64,000 nucleotides of DNA, from NCBI GenBank assembly GCA_031385045.1, contig JANNBC010000009.1, positions 38,427 to 102,426 of the forward strand, given 5' to 3'. The DNA comes from a bacterium (lineage in GTDB: Bacteria > Bdellovibrionota_C > UBA2361 > CALJRW01). Position numbers and translations under genes: made by a program. Below, piece by piece: positions 1-8,677 of the stretch (the first letter of the stretch is position 1; every line of letters begins with the position of its first letter). The notes under the pieces were generated by a model. The model searched no databases, was not told the origin of the DNA, and worked only from the letters and a program-made list of their open reading frames with translations.

Positions 1-1
1 T

Positions 2-778
2 TTTGCTGAATTTAGCTACATGCTAATTCAAGCTAATGACTTTTTGCACCTCTACCAAACTAAGGGTGTCGTGATGCAAATCGGAGGCTCCGATCAGTGG
101 GGTAATTTAACTTGTGGAATGGAATTAGTTCGTAAGAAGCTTCATCAAGATGTCTACACTTTTTCAGTCCCACTACTTACTGATTCTAATGGTAAAAAGT
201 TTGGTAAATCAGAGAAAGGAGCTCTTTGGCTTGACCCTGAAAAAACATCCCCTTTTGCTCTACATCAATTTCTACTTAACTCGGCAGATGCTGATGTCAT
301 TAATCTAATTCAGAAACTTACATTTGCTGATGGTCCCCAAATAACTAACCTTCAAAATAGTTTAAGTACTGAGCCAGAAAAAAGAATCGCCCAAACATTT
401 CTGGCTGATGAGGTTTGTGCATTAATCCACGGACAAGAATCCGTGGAATCAGCAAAGATCGCTGCTAAAGTTCTTTTTGGAGGAGACCCAACAGGACTTC
501 CAGTAAAACAATTACTAGAAATATTTAGTGAAGTCCCATCACACTCGATTGCCAAATCAGAATTACTTGATACAAAATTTCTAGATTTGCTTGTGACAGT
601 AGAAGCTTGCACCTCCAAGGGTCAAGCACGCAAGCTAATCGAAAGTGGTGGTGCCTACTTAAATAATCAAAGGATTACAGATATAGATCTAAAGATTACC
701 TTAACTAGTTTGATTGAAGGTCAATTATTAATTCTGCGAACAGGCAAGAAATCTTATTTCTTAGTTAACGTAATTTAA
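2..778 (+). CDS. tyrS: Tyrosine--tRNA ligase, 5'-truncated by the window edge
   Basis: Frame is open from nt 2 (FAEFSYMLIQANDF); QIGGSDQWGN, KFGKS (KMSKS-type) and a C-terminal S4-like domain ending RTGKK. Confidence 0.97.
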   Translation, partial: FAEFSYMLIQANDFLHLYQTKGVVMQIGGSDQWGNLTCGMELVRKKLHQDVYTFSVPLLTDSNGKKFGKSEKGALWLDPEKTSPFALHQFLLNSADADVINLIQKLTFADGPQITNLQNSLSTEPEKRIAQTFLADEVCALIHGQESVESAKIAAKVLFGGDPTGLPVKQLLEIFSEVPSHSIAKSELLDTKFLDLLVTVEACTSKGQARKLIESGGAYLNNQRITDIDLKITLTSLIEGQLLILRTGKKSYFLVNVI

Positions 779-787
779 GGAGTTCTA

Positions 788-1246
788 TTGAATTTTAGTA
801 GTGGTCAAAAAGTACTCGTTAAATCCTTGAAAAAACCTGGGATTTTTTTATCTTTACTAAATACAAAATCGGCCTTGATTAGCCTCGGTAAGTTAGAATT
901 AAAAATTCCCTTAAGCGATCTAGAAATTATTACTTCCCCTATAAAGACAAAAAAAGAATCAGCTGTTGCTAAAAAATTTAAACCCCAGAAAAAACTTCCC
1001 GGAGCCGCTTATAAAAAATCTCTTAAAATTGACTATCATGGTTTTACAAAAGCAAACTGTCTAGCTGATTTCGAACAACGTCTAAACCAAGCTTACTTAG
1101 ATCAAGTCAAAGAAATTGTTGTTGTTCATGGCCGTGGTCAAGGAGTCTTAAAACAAGCTTTAATTGCATATCTTCAAAAGATTAATCTTAAACTTAGCTT
1201 TCGTAGTAGTGCAATTAATGAGAATGAGCTTATAGTTAATTTATGA
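788..1246 (+). CDS. Small Smr-domain protein (MutS2 C-terminal-like)
   Basis: TTG start after AAGGAG; IDYHG and VVHGRGQGVLK Smr motifs; N-terminal KOW-like segment. Confidence 0.8.
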   Translation: MNFSSGQKVLVKSLKKPGIFLSLLNTKSALISLGKLELKIPLSDLEIITSPIKTKKESAVAKKFKPQKKLPGAAYKKSLKIDYHGFTKANCLADFEQRLNQAYLDQVKEIVVVHGRGQGVLKQALIAYLQKINLKLSFRSSAINENELIVNL

Positions 1247-1752
1247 AGATAGTATTACTAATTTTCTTAATCATTTTTAATAATATAATATTTGCAGAAC
1301 CACCTACTCGTTCTCCCAATCCTGGCTGGAGCGAAATGCAGGTACAAGAAACAACAAGACCGACAGTCTTAACCCAAGTATTACTTTGGGTCCCAAATCG
1401 AATCGCTGATCTTGTGGATATTATTCGTGTCGATGTCGGCGCTGGCCCTTCAGTTGGTGCTGTTGTGCGGCTTAGTGAAAACTTTCAATTTGGATATCGC
1501 GTCATGCACCCAATGTCTGTTCGAGTTGGAGCATTTGGCCGAAACTATCCTTGGCTAATTGAAACCTCTGATGAAATGGGTGTAACTCCCCGCTTCCAAG
1601 AATCTTTACAAAGAAAAGTTTGCGGATCGGAAATTGGAGTTGGCGCTGATTTACTAATCGTTGGTGGATATGGTGGAATTTGCCTGCAAGAAATCGCTGA
1701 TTTCTTTGCCGGCGTCTTCTTTATGGACTTAAATGATGATGATTGGCAATAA
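1243..1752 (+). CDS. Hypothetical exported protein
   Basis: ATGA overlap with the upstream stop; signal-peptide-like N-terminus; Gly-rich beta-type segments. Confidence 0.7.
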   Translation: MKIVLLIFLIIFNNIIFAEPPTRSPNPGWSEMQVQETTRPTVLTQVLLWVPNRIADLVDIIRVDVGAGPSVGAVVRLSENFQFGYRVMHPMSVRVGAFGRNYPWLIETSDEMGVTPRFQESLQRKVCGSEIGVGADLLIVGGYGGICLQEIADFFAGVFFMDLNDDDWQ

Positions 1753-1756
1753 ATAA

Positions 1757-2560
1757 TTAATCGATAGTACGCAACGCTTTAATCTCGTTAATTTTATCCA
1801 TTGTTAATTCTTTGATTGATTCAATAATCATTTTTGGCTCGTAGGCATACTTCGCTAAATGTTTACGTTGCGAGACGCCAGTCAGTGTCATGATTGTATA
1901 ATAGCCCATTTGCGTTCCTCCTAGAATATCCGTAACCATTGTATCTCCAATAATTACTGTTTCCGCAGTTCGTGTTCCCAAGTAGTTTCTAGCTTGGCGC
2001 ATCATTACAGGACTTGGCTTACCTACACTAAACGCTTTAACGCCGGTCGCTTCTTCCAGCATGGCAACTGTGGCTTTAATGCCGGGCTTAGTCCAGCCAA
2101 CAATTTTTGGTGAGGGATCCAAATTAGTTGCAACTAATTTAGCACCCTCTAAGATCATATCAATTGCACTACTAATCCGATCCATTGTAAAACTAACACC
2201 CTCACCAACGACAACATAATCCGGATTTTTATCAACAATTGAAAAGCCATTTTGATAAAGACTTTGAATCAAACCACCTTCACCAATAACATAAGCTGTG
2301 CCATTTGGTTTTTGTTGCGCTAAAAATTGGCCTGTGGCCATGGCACTTGTAAAGATATTATGCTCAGCAACAAAGATTTCCATCTTCTGAAGTTTTAGGA
2401 CAACCTCTCGCTGAGTGCGTTGACTATTATTTGTAAAGAACAGAAATGGAATATCATTATCCTGCAAAGTCTTAATGAACTCGTTTGTTCCAGGGATCCG
2501 CTGAGCACCACTATAGATCACACCATCCATATCAATTAGAAATCCGATCTTATCAATCAT
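1757..2560 (-). CDS. HAD-superfamily subfamily IIA hydrolase (NagD-like)
   Basis: DMDGVIY, FTNNS, GKP and IGDTMVTDI motifs. Confidence 0.92.
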   Translation of the reverse strand: MIDKIGFLIDMDGVIYSGAQRIPGTNEFIKTLQDNDIPFLFFTNNSQRTQREVVLKLQKMEIFVAEHNIFTSAMATGQFLAQQKPNGTAYVIGEGGLIQSLYQNGFSIVDKNPDYVVVGEGVSFTMDRISSAIDMILEGAKLVATNLDPSPKIVGWTKPGIKATVAMLEEATGVKAFSVGKPSPVMMRQARNYLGTRTAETVIIGDTMVTDILGGTQMGYYTIMTLTGVSQRKHLAKYAYEPKMIIESIKELTMDKINEIKALRTID

Positions 2561-2847
2561 TGTATTTTACTTTTTTGAAATTTTAGAGAGAAACTGTAGC
2601 AAGTTAAAAAACTATTGCGACAAAACACTTAAGAGGGATAATTGATTAGCAAAAACCAAGACAGACAATTAAAAACCCTATGCTAATACTTATAGCATAA
2701 GTTTTTTATAGAGATAAATAGTTGTTTGATTTTTTTCTGTTTTATTTTGCTATTTTAAGAAATTGACTAAGGGTCTATAGTTAATCAAGAATCAAAGATA
2801 TGGCTGATGTCTAGCGCCAGTTAATTTACTACCAAATAATAAAGACA

Positions 2848-4131
2848 ATGACTAAGAAAACTAAATACTCCATCCCCACTCAATTGATATATGGCAAATA
2901 TTCCACTGAAAAATGGAACTTTGCAAGTCATATAGTTCCGCCGATGACTCTGAGCAGTTCCTTTCGTCTTCAATCAGCAGAACGTGGAGCAGAAGCATTC
3001 TCCCACTTTGGACAATTAGACCAACCGGAAGCGCAATATTTCTATGAGCGAATGGGCGAACCAAATAAGGATATGCTAGAGGAGACCTTGGCCATTGCGG
3101 AAGGCGGAGAATGTTGTTTAACATTTGGAAGTGGTATGGGGGCGATTTCTGCGGCAACAGGCTTTGCTCTTAATGAATCTGCTAGTGAAATTATCTCCCA
3201 TAAAACAATCTATGGTTGTAGCTTTTCTCTATTCACTAATTGGTATCGAAAAATTGGATTGAAAGTTAATTTCTGTGATTTAAAAGATCCTGAGTCCTTT
3301 CTACCTTTTGTGACTGAACGGACTCGTATTCTATATTTAGAAGCTCCAGCCAACCCAACTCTCGATCTTTTAGATCTCGATGCCATCTCAAAGTTAGTTG
3401 CAGAGCTTAATAAAACGCGCAACACCGAAAACAAAATTATCACCGTAATGGACAATACCTTTGCAACCCCTTGGGGACAACGCCCGATGGAACATGGGAT
3501 TGATGTAGTGGCTCACAGCATGACCAAAAACCTTTCTGGATTTGGAGCCTGCTTAGGCGGTGCTGTAATTACCAAGAAAGAACACTTTGCTAACCTTTCC
3601 CTCTACCGTAAAGATTATGGTGGAAACTTATCCCCGCAAACTGCTTGGCAAATTTTGGTTTATGGAATTCCAAGTTTAGGAATTAGAATTAATAAACAAA
3701 CTGATAACGCTAAAATAGTTGCAAAATTTCTAGAAGAACACCCAAAAGTTGAAAAAGTGTACTACCCCGGCCTAGAATCTTTTCCACAGTATGAATTAGC
3801 TCAGCGAATGCTTAAAGATTATAATGGCAAGTTTATGCCAGGAACATTAATCTTCTTTCATCTGAAAGGAAAAGATTTAGATTCGGCAAGGGATGCGGGA
3901 AGAAAACTAATGAATAGTCTGGCTGATAATGCTTATTGCTTAACTCTAGCAGTTAGTCTTGGACAATTAAAAACTTTAATTGAACATCCAGGATCAATGA
4001 CTCATTCCGCTTATAGCTCAGAGCAACAGCTTGAAGTTGGAATCCACCCAGGAGGGATTAGACTTTCCTTAGGTATTGAAGAAGTGGAAGATATTATTAG
4101 AGATCTTACTGCCGCACTCGATACTTTATAA
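2848..4131 (+). CDS. PLP-dependent Cys/Met metabolism enzyme, probably methionine gamma-lyase
   Basis: SGMGAI, YGC (MGL-type Cys), EAPANP, DNTFATP, HSMTK (PLP lysine), AVSLG, IRLSLGIE. Confidence 0.85.
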   Translation: MTKKTKYSIPTQLIYGKYSTEKWNFASHIVPPMTLSSSFRLQSAERGAEAFSHFGQLDQPEAQYFYERMGEPNKDMLEETLAIAEGGECCLTFGSGMGAISAATGFALNESASEIISHKTIYGCSFSLFTNWYRKIGLKVNFCDLKDPESFLPFVTERTRILYLEAPANPTLDLLDLDAISKLVAELNKTRNTENKIITVMDNTFATPWGQRPMEHGIDVVAHSMTKNLSGFGACLGGAVITKKEHFANLSLYRKDYGGNLSPQTAWQILVYGIPSLGIRINKQTDNAKIVAKFLEEHPKVEKVYYPGLESFPQYELAQRMLKDYNGKFMPGTLIFFHLKGKDLDSARDAGRKLMNSLADNAYCLTLAVSLGQLKTLIEHPGSMTHSAYSSEQQLEVGIHPGGIRLSLGIEEVEDIIRDLTAALDTL

Positions 4132-4148
4132 GATTATTTTTCTAAAAA

Positions 4149-4661
4149 ATGAATTTTCAAGTAAATAAAAATTTATATATAATTACAGGTGCTCCGGCCT
4201 CTGGCAAAACAACCTTTGGTTATAAATTAGCCACTGAAATCAATGCCTGCTTTTTAGATAGTGATCAAGTAACAGAGGGCTTGATTCAAGCAAGCCTAAC
4301 TGCGATGAATAGAGATCCAGGAGATCGCGATAGTGATTTTTATAAACAGACTTTTAGAGATGTGGTTTACGAAACTCTTTTAACATTAGCTGAGATTAAT
4401 ATCAGAAATGTTCCTGTAGTGATCGCTGCCCCATTTACCAAGGAAATTCAAAGCTTGAACTGAAAGGAGGAGTTAGGATTACGTTTCAAGTCCGAGATTT
4501 CGATCTATTATTTATCTTGCTCAGCAGAGAAAAGACTCAAAAGAATTAAAGAAAGAGGAGCTAAACGAGATCAAGCGAAGCTAGAGAATTGGGAACAATC
4601 TCGAGCATATTATGGACTTGAGAAAGAGCCAGTCTTTGATTTTATTTTGATTGAAACCTAG
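4149..4661 (+). pseudogene. P-loop kinase (AAA_33-like) interrupted by an in-frame TGA at 4461-4463
   Basis: GAPASGKT Walker A; the same frame continues after TGA (KEELGLRF...RIKERGAKRDQAKLENW...IET) to TAG at 4659-4661. Confidence 0.75.
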
Positions 4662-4679
4662 TTTGCCTAGGAATATTTG

Positions 4680-4772
4680 TGGTGCTACACGAAGTGTAGC
4701 ACCAGTTTTAACTTTATCTGAGAATCCGCCTACGCTTAAGCTACGGCGAGATAGTTTCGCTAGGCGAAACTA
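4680..4772. repeat. Cluster of three stem-loops between convergent genes (terminator or REP-like)
   Basis: TGGTGCTACAC-GAA-GTGTAGCACCA (4680-4704); imperfect TCCGCCTACGCTTAAGCTACGGCGA (4725-4749); TAGTTTCGC-TAG-GCGAAACTA (4752-4772). Confidence 0.7.
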
Positions 4773-6866
4773 CATTCCCATATCAGCCATTGCTTCACGT
4801 CGAGAAAGTTTGATCTTTCCGTTAGAGTCTACATTTAGAACTTTAACTGGAACTTGATCACCTTTAGCTAATACGTCATTAACATCTTCTGTTCGCTCAT
4901 CAGAGATTTCAGAAACGTGTAACAATCCATCCGTTCCTGGAAGAATTTCTACAAACGCACCGAAAGACTCAATTCGCTTAACAATCCCTTGATAAATCTT
5001 ACCAATTTCAGCTTCTGCTGTGTGTGCCTTAATAACTTTTAAACCAGCAGACATTTGCTCAGCATTAGAACCTGAAACAGTAACTGTTCCATCATCTTGA
5101 ATGTCGATATTGATCTTGTAGACATCAGTAATTGATTTGATAGTTTTACCACCAGAACCAATCAAGTCGCGAATCTTACCTGGATTAATCTTAATAACTT
5201 CAATTTGTGGAGCTTTAGGATTAATAATGGATCGTGGCTCAGCCATAGCTTCTTTCATCACAGAAAGAATATGAAGTCTTGCAACTCGAGCTTGCTCTAG
5301 CGCTTGAGTCATAATCTCTTTAGAAAGACCAGCAATCTTGATGTCCATTTGAATTGCAGTTACACCAACATCAGTTCCACAGATTTTAAAATCCATATCA
5401 CCTAAATGATCTTCATCTCCTAGAATGTCAGTTAAAACTACGAAATCTTCTTCACGCTTTAATAATCCCATCGCGACCCCTGCTACTGGAGCTTTGATTT
5501 TAATACCAGCATCCATCAGTGCCATTGTTCCACCACAAACTGACGCCATAGAACTGGAACCATTTGATTCAGTAATATCAGATACAATTCGGATTACGTA
5601 TGGATTTGATTTATCAGTTGGAACAACTGGAATCAAAGCACGTTCAGCTAAAGCACCATGTCCAACTTCACGTCGACCCACTCCGCGCATTGGCTTAGCT
5701 TCCCCAACGCTATATCCCGGGAAGTTATAATGGAGGCTAAATCTTTTTTGATAATCTTGATGAAGAGTTTCAATTCTCTGCATACTGTCGTTACCAACAG
5801 CAAGAGTTGCAGTGACAATCCCCTGAGTTTCCCCACGAGTGAACAATGCTGAACCATGAACTCTAGGCAAAAAACCAACTTCGATATTAATTGGGCGAAC
5901 CGTTACGAAATCGCGACCATCAATTCGCACCTTTTTATCAAATGCTAAGCTACGAACTTTTTCGTAAACTTCATCTTCAAAAATTGCTTTTACTTCTGTT
6001 GTGATTTTTTCTGCATTAGCATCATCAGCCTTAACGATTGCTGCTACACATGATTTTTTAAGAGCAGAAATTGCTTCTCCCCTAGCATGCTTATGCTCAG
6101 TCATGATTGCTGTTTCTAATTTATTGCTAATTTCTGCTTTAACTTTAGCAACCAAAGCAGCATCTTTAGGAGGAACAGGAGCAATTACTACTTTTTCCTT
6201 ACCACACTGCTTAGCAAGATCTAATTGCATATTAATTAATGCCTGCATCTCTTGATGAGCATAAAAAATAGCATCTAAAACTTCAGCTTCAGGAACGATC
6301 TGAGCACCACCTTCAACCATTAAGATTGCATCGCGAGAACCAGCTACAATAACTTGTAATTCAGCTTTGTTTGACAGTTCCATTGATGGGTTAATCATTA
6401 ACTTACCATTAACACGACAAACTCGAACACCAGCGATTGGGCCATTAAATGGAATATCAGAAACCGTTAAAGCAGCAGAGGCACCAGTCATTGCTAATAC
6501 ATCAGTTGGAACTTCAGGATCCGCTGATAACACTGTAGCAATTACTTGTAATTCATTAGACATTCCTTCAGGGAACATTGGACGACATGGACGATCGATT
6601 AACCTAGAAGTTAATACTTCACTATCAGATAACTTACCTTCGCGTTTGAAAAACCCACCAGGAATTTTACCTCCAGCATAAGCTTTCTCGATGTATTCGA
6701 TTGTTAATGGCAAGAAATCAAACCCTCTTGATTCTCCCATACAAACAGTTACTAACACGACCGAGTCTCCACAAGTGACCAAGGCTGTTCCATTTGTTTG
6801 CTTGGCGATACGGCCAGTTTCGATTGTAAGAGTTTTTCCATGAAACTCTGTTGTTACGGTATACAT
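4770..6866 (-). CDS. pnp: Polyribonucleotide nucleotidyltransferase
   Basis: GKIPGGFFKREG, RREVGHG, SNGSSSMAS, GDEDHLGDMDFK; KH and S1 domains; lies downstream of rpsO. Confidence 0.99.
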   Translation of the reverse strand: MYTVTTEFHGKTLTIETGRIAKQTNGTALVTCGDSVVLVTVCMGESRGFDFLPLTIEYIEKAYAGGKIPGGFFKREGKLSDSEVLTSRLIDRPCRPMFPEGMSNELQVIATVLSADPEVPTDVLAMTGASAALTVSDIPFNGPIAGVRVCRVNGKLMINPSMELSNKAELQVIVAGSRDAILMVEGGAQIVPEAEVLDAIFYAHQEMQALINMQLDLAKQCGKEKVVIAPVPPKDAALVAKVKAEISNKLETAIMTEHKHARGEAISALKKSCVAAIVKADDANAEKITTEVKAIFEDEVYEKVRSLAFDKKVRIDGRDFVTVRPINIEVGFLPRVHGSALFTRGETQGIVTATLAVGNDSMQRIETLHQDYQKRFSLHYNFPGYSVGEAKPMRGVGRREVGHGALAERALIPVVPTDKSNPYVIRIVSDITESNGSSSMASVCGGTMALMDAGIKIKAPVAGVAMGLLKREEDFVVLTDILGDEDHLGDMDFKICGTDVGVTAIQMDIKIAGLSKEIMTQALEQARVARLHILSVMKEAMAEPRSIINPKAPQIEVIKINPGKIRDLIGSGGKTIKSITDVYKINIDIQDDGTVTVSGSNAEQMSAGLKVIKAHTAEAEIGKIYQGIVKRIESFGAFVEILPGTDGLLHVSEISDERTEDVNDVLAKGDQVPVKVLNVDSNGKIKLSRREAMADMGM

Positions 6867-6961
6867 TATAGTTCTCCTATTTTTTGTTGATATGACTTCG
6901 ATAGGTCAGGCCCAAGAAAATTATTGGGATATTGAAAACTACTTAATTTTTGACTCGGGTA

Positions 6962-7110
6962 GCAATTTTGATTTTTAAGCTTTGACTTAAAAATCAAAAT
7001 CGCCGGCCGCTATAGACTAAGGAGTTTTGTAACTGACTAATCGAAAAGTCACTAAATTTTATGTTGTTATTGACTAGTTGGAAACCCAGTAAATTTGAAT
7101 TTCCAACTAG
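6962..7110 (-). promoter_or_regulatory. Structured rpsO-pnp intergenic leader with two long hairpins
   Basis: Perfect 15-bp stem 6965-6979/6986-7000 and 11-bp stem 7074-7084/7100-7110. Confidence 0.55.
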
Positions 7111-7179
7111 CCCGCATTGATTATCTTGATTAATAATAGACCTGAGATCGGTATTATTTTCAAGAAATATTCTCTGAAA

Positions 7180-7449
7180 CTACTTACGAATTCCTAATTT
7201 GCCAATTAAAGCAGTATATCGCTCGTAGCTTTCACCTTTTAAGTAAGCTAACAATCTTTTACGACGAGAAATGATTGCCATCATCCCTTTCTTAGAATGG
7301 TGATCCTTAGCATTGGAATTAAAATGACCAGTAAGGTTATTAATTCTTTCTGTTAGCATAGCAACTTGTACTTCAACTGAACCAGTATCAGTTGCATGAT
7401 GACCATGATCGGCCATTACTTTTTTCTTATCAGAGTTTGTGAAAGACAT
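7180..7449 (-). CDS. rpsO: 30S ribosomal protein S15
   Basis: DTGSVEVQVAMLTERI, KDHHS, C-terminal LGIRK; 89 aa. Confidence 0.99.
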   Translation of the reverse strand: MSFTNSDKKKVMADHGHHATDTGSVEVQVAMLTERINNLTGHFNSNAKDHHSKKGMMAIISRRKRLLAYLKGESYERYTALIGKLGIRK

Positions 7450-7727
7450 ATTTAGTTTATGTAATTATAATAAACACCTGCAACCTAATAAATCGGCAGA
7501 GCCAGATTCAAAGCAACAGAGAGGGCAAACTACCAGGAAATACATTTTTTCTATCTAGTTTGGGCAAATTATTAACAATTTAAGGCCTTTAAGTCAATAG
7601 TTGGGCAAAGGCCTTAAAATAGCGAAGTTCTTCTTTTGCCCCTCTAATCTTACTCCCCGACATCCCTGATACCTGAAAAACAAATCCCCTTGTCCTAATG
7701 CTAATGTCACTCTAAATTTAGCAAACT

Positions 7728-8669
7728 ATGTCCAAAAACTTCCTTAATATCCTAGACCATGATCGCAACATATTGATTAATCTCATTAATTCTGCGTTGG
7801 AGTTTAAACAAAAAACGTCTCAGGGAACTCGTGTGGAACCGAAGTATCAGGGAATGTCGGCCGCCTTAGTGTTTGAAAAGCCCTCTTTAAGGACAAAAAT
7901 TACATTTGAGCTGGCCTGTACCTATTTTGGGATTACCCCTATTTTCCTATCTAGTTCCCAGATTCTTGCCAGCGGTAATAACCAACAAGGTCGAGAGTCA
8001 ATTCCCGATATTGGTCGAAACCTAGAGAGATTTGTCGATGTGATCATCGCCCGAGTTTATCAACATGAAGGACTATTAGAATTATCGGACTCAGTGAAGT
8101 GCCCCGTAATTAATGCCCTTTGCGATCGCTATCACCCAACTCAAGCAATCGCCGACTTAACGGCAATCAAATGGCATAAAAAATCTTTTGATAATTTAAA
8201 GGTGACGTTTATTGGAGATGGCAACAATGTCGCAACTTCCCTACTACATTGCTGTGCCCTACTAGGTATTAATTTTACGATTGCCTCACCACCAGGCTAT
8301 GAGATTAACTCTAAAGAAAAAAGCTTCGTAGAAACTATCGCGGAAGAGACGGGTTCTAAATTAGCATTTATTACAGACCCACAAGAAGCTATAAAAAATT
8401 CTGATGTAATTTACACCGATACTTTTACATCTATGGGACAAGAAGCCGAACATCAACTGCGTTTAAAAGCTTTTGCTAATTATCAAGTTAATCAAAAGTT
8501 ACTGTCTCTAGCTAAGGTTGATTGTTTATTTATGCACTGCCTACCAGCACACCGTGGTGAAGAAGTTAGTGACGAAGTGATGGATGGAACGAACTCGATT
8601 ATTTTTGATCAGGCAGAGTGCAAATTACATGCCGCCAAAGCTGTGATTGATTGGATCTTAAGCAAATAA
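7728..8669 (+). CDS. argF: Ornithine carbamoyltransferase
   Basis: FEKPSLRT, HPTQ, GDGNNV, SMGQE, HCLPAHRG. Confidence 0.93.
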   Translation: MSKNFLNILDHDRNILINLINSALEFKQKTSQGTRVEPKYQGMSAALVFEKPSLRTKITFELACTYFGITPIFLSSSQILASGNNQQGRESIPDIGRNLERFVDVIIARVYQHEGLLELSDSVKCPVINALCDRYHPTQAIADLTAIKWHKKSFDNLKVTFIGDGNNVATSLLHCCALLGINFTIASPPGYEINSKEKSFVETIAEETGSKLAFITDPQEAIKNSDVIYTDTFTSMGQEAEHQLRLKAFANYQVNQKLLSLAKVDCLFMHCLPAHRGEEVSDEVMDGTNSIIFDQAECKLHAAKAVIDWILSK

Positions 8670-8677
8670 TTTAGCAC

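Noticed and set aside
4461..4463. Genome-wide TGA reassignment
   Set aside because: Conserved genes end at TGA at expected lengths, several with ATGA or TGATG coupling
4651..4857. 68-aa ORF across the hairpin cluster
   Set aside because: Runs through palindromes and antisense to pnp; no RBS or protein-like features
7500..7570. GGGCAAAC...GAAA resembling a c-di-GMP-I riboswitch
   Set aside because: The following stem and GACGCAAAGC segment are absent
7728..8669. SLRT motif suggesting an acetyl- or succinyl-ornithine transcarbamylase
   Set aside because: SMG and HCLPAHRG motifs of ordinary OTCase are present
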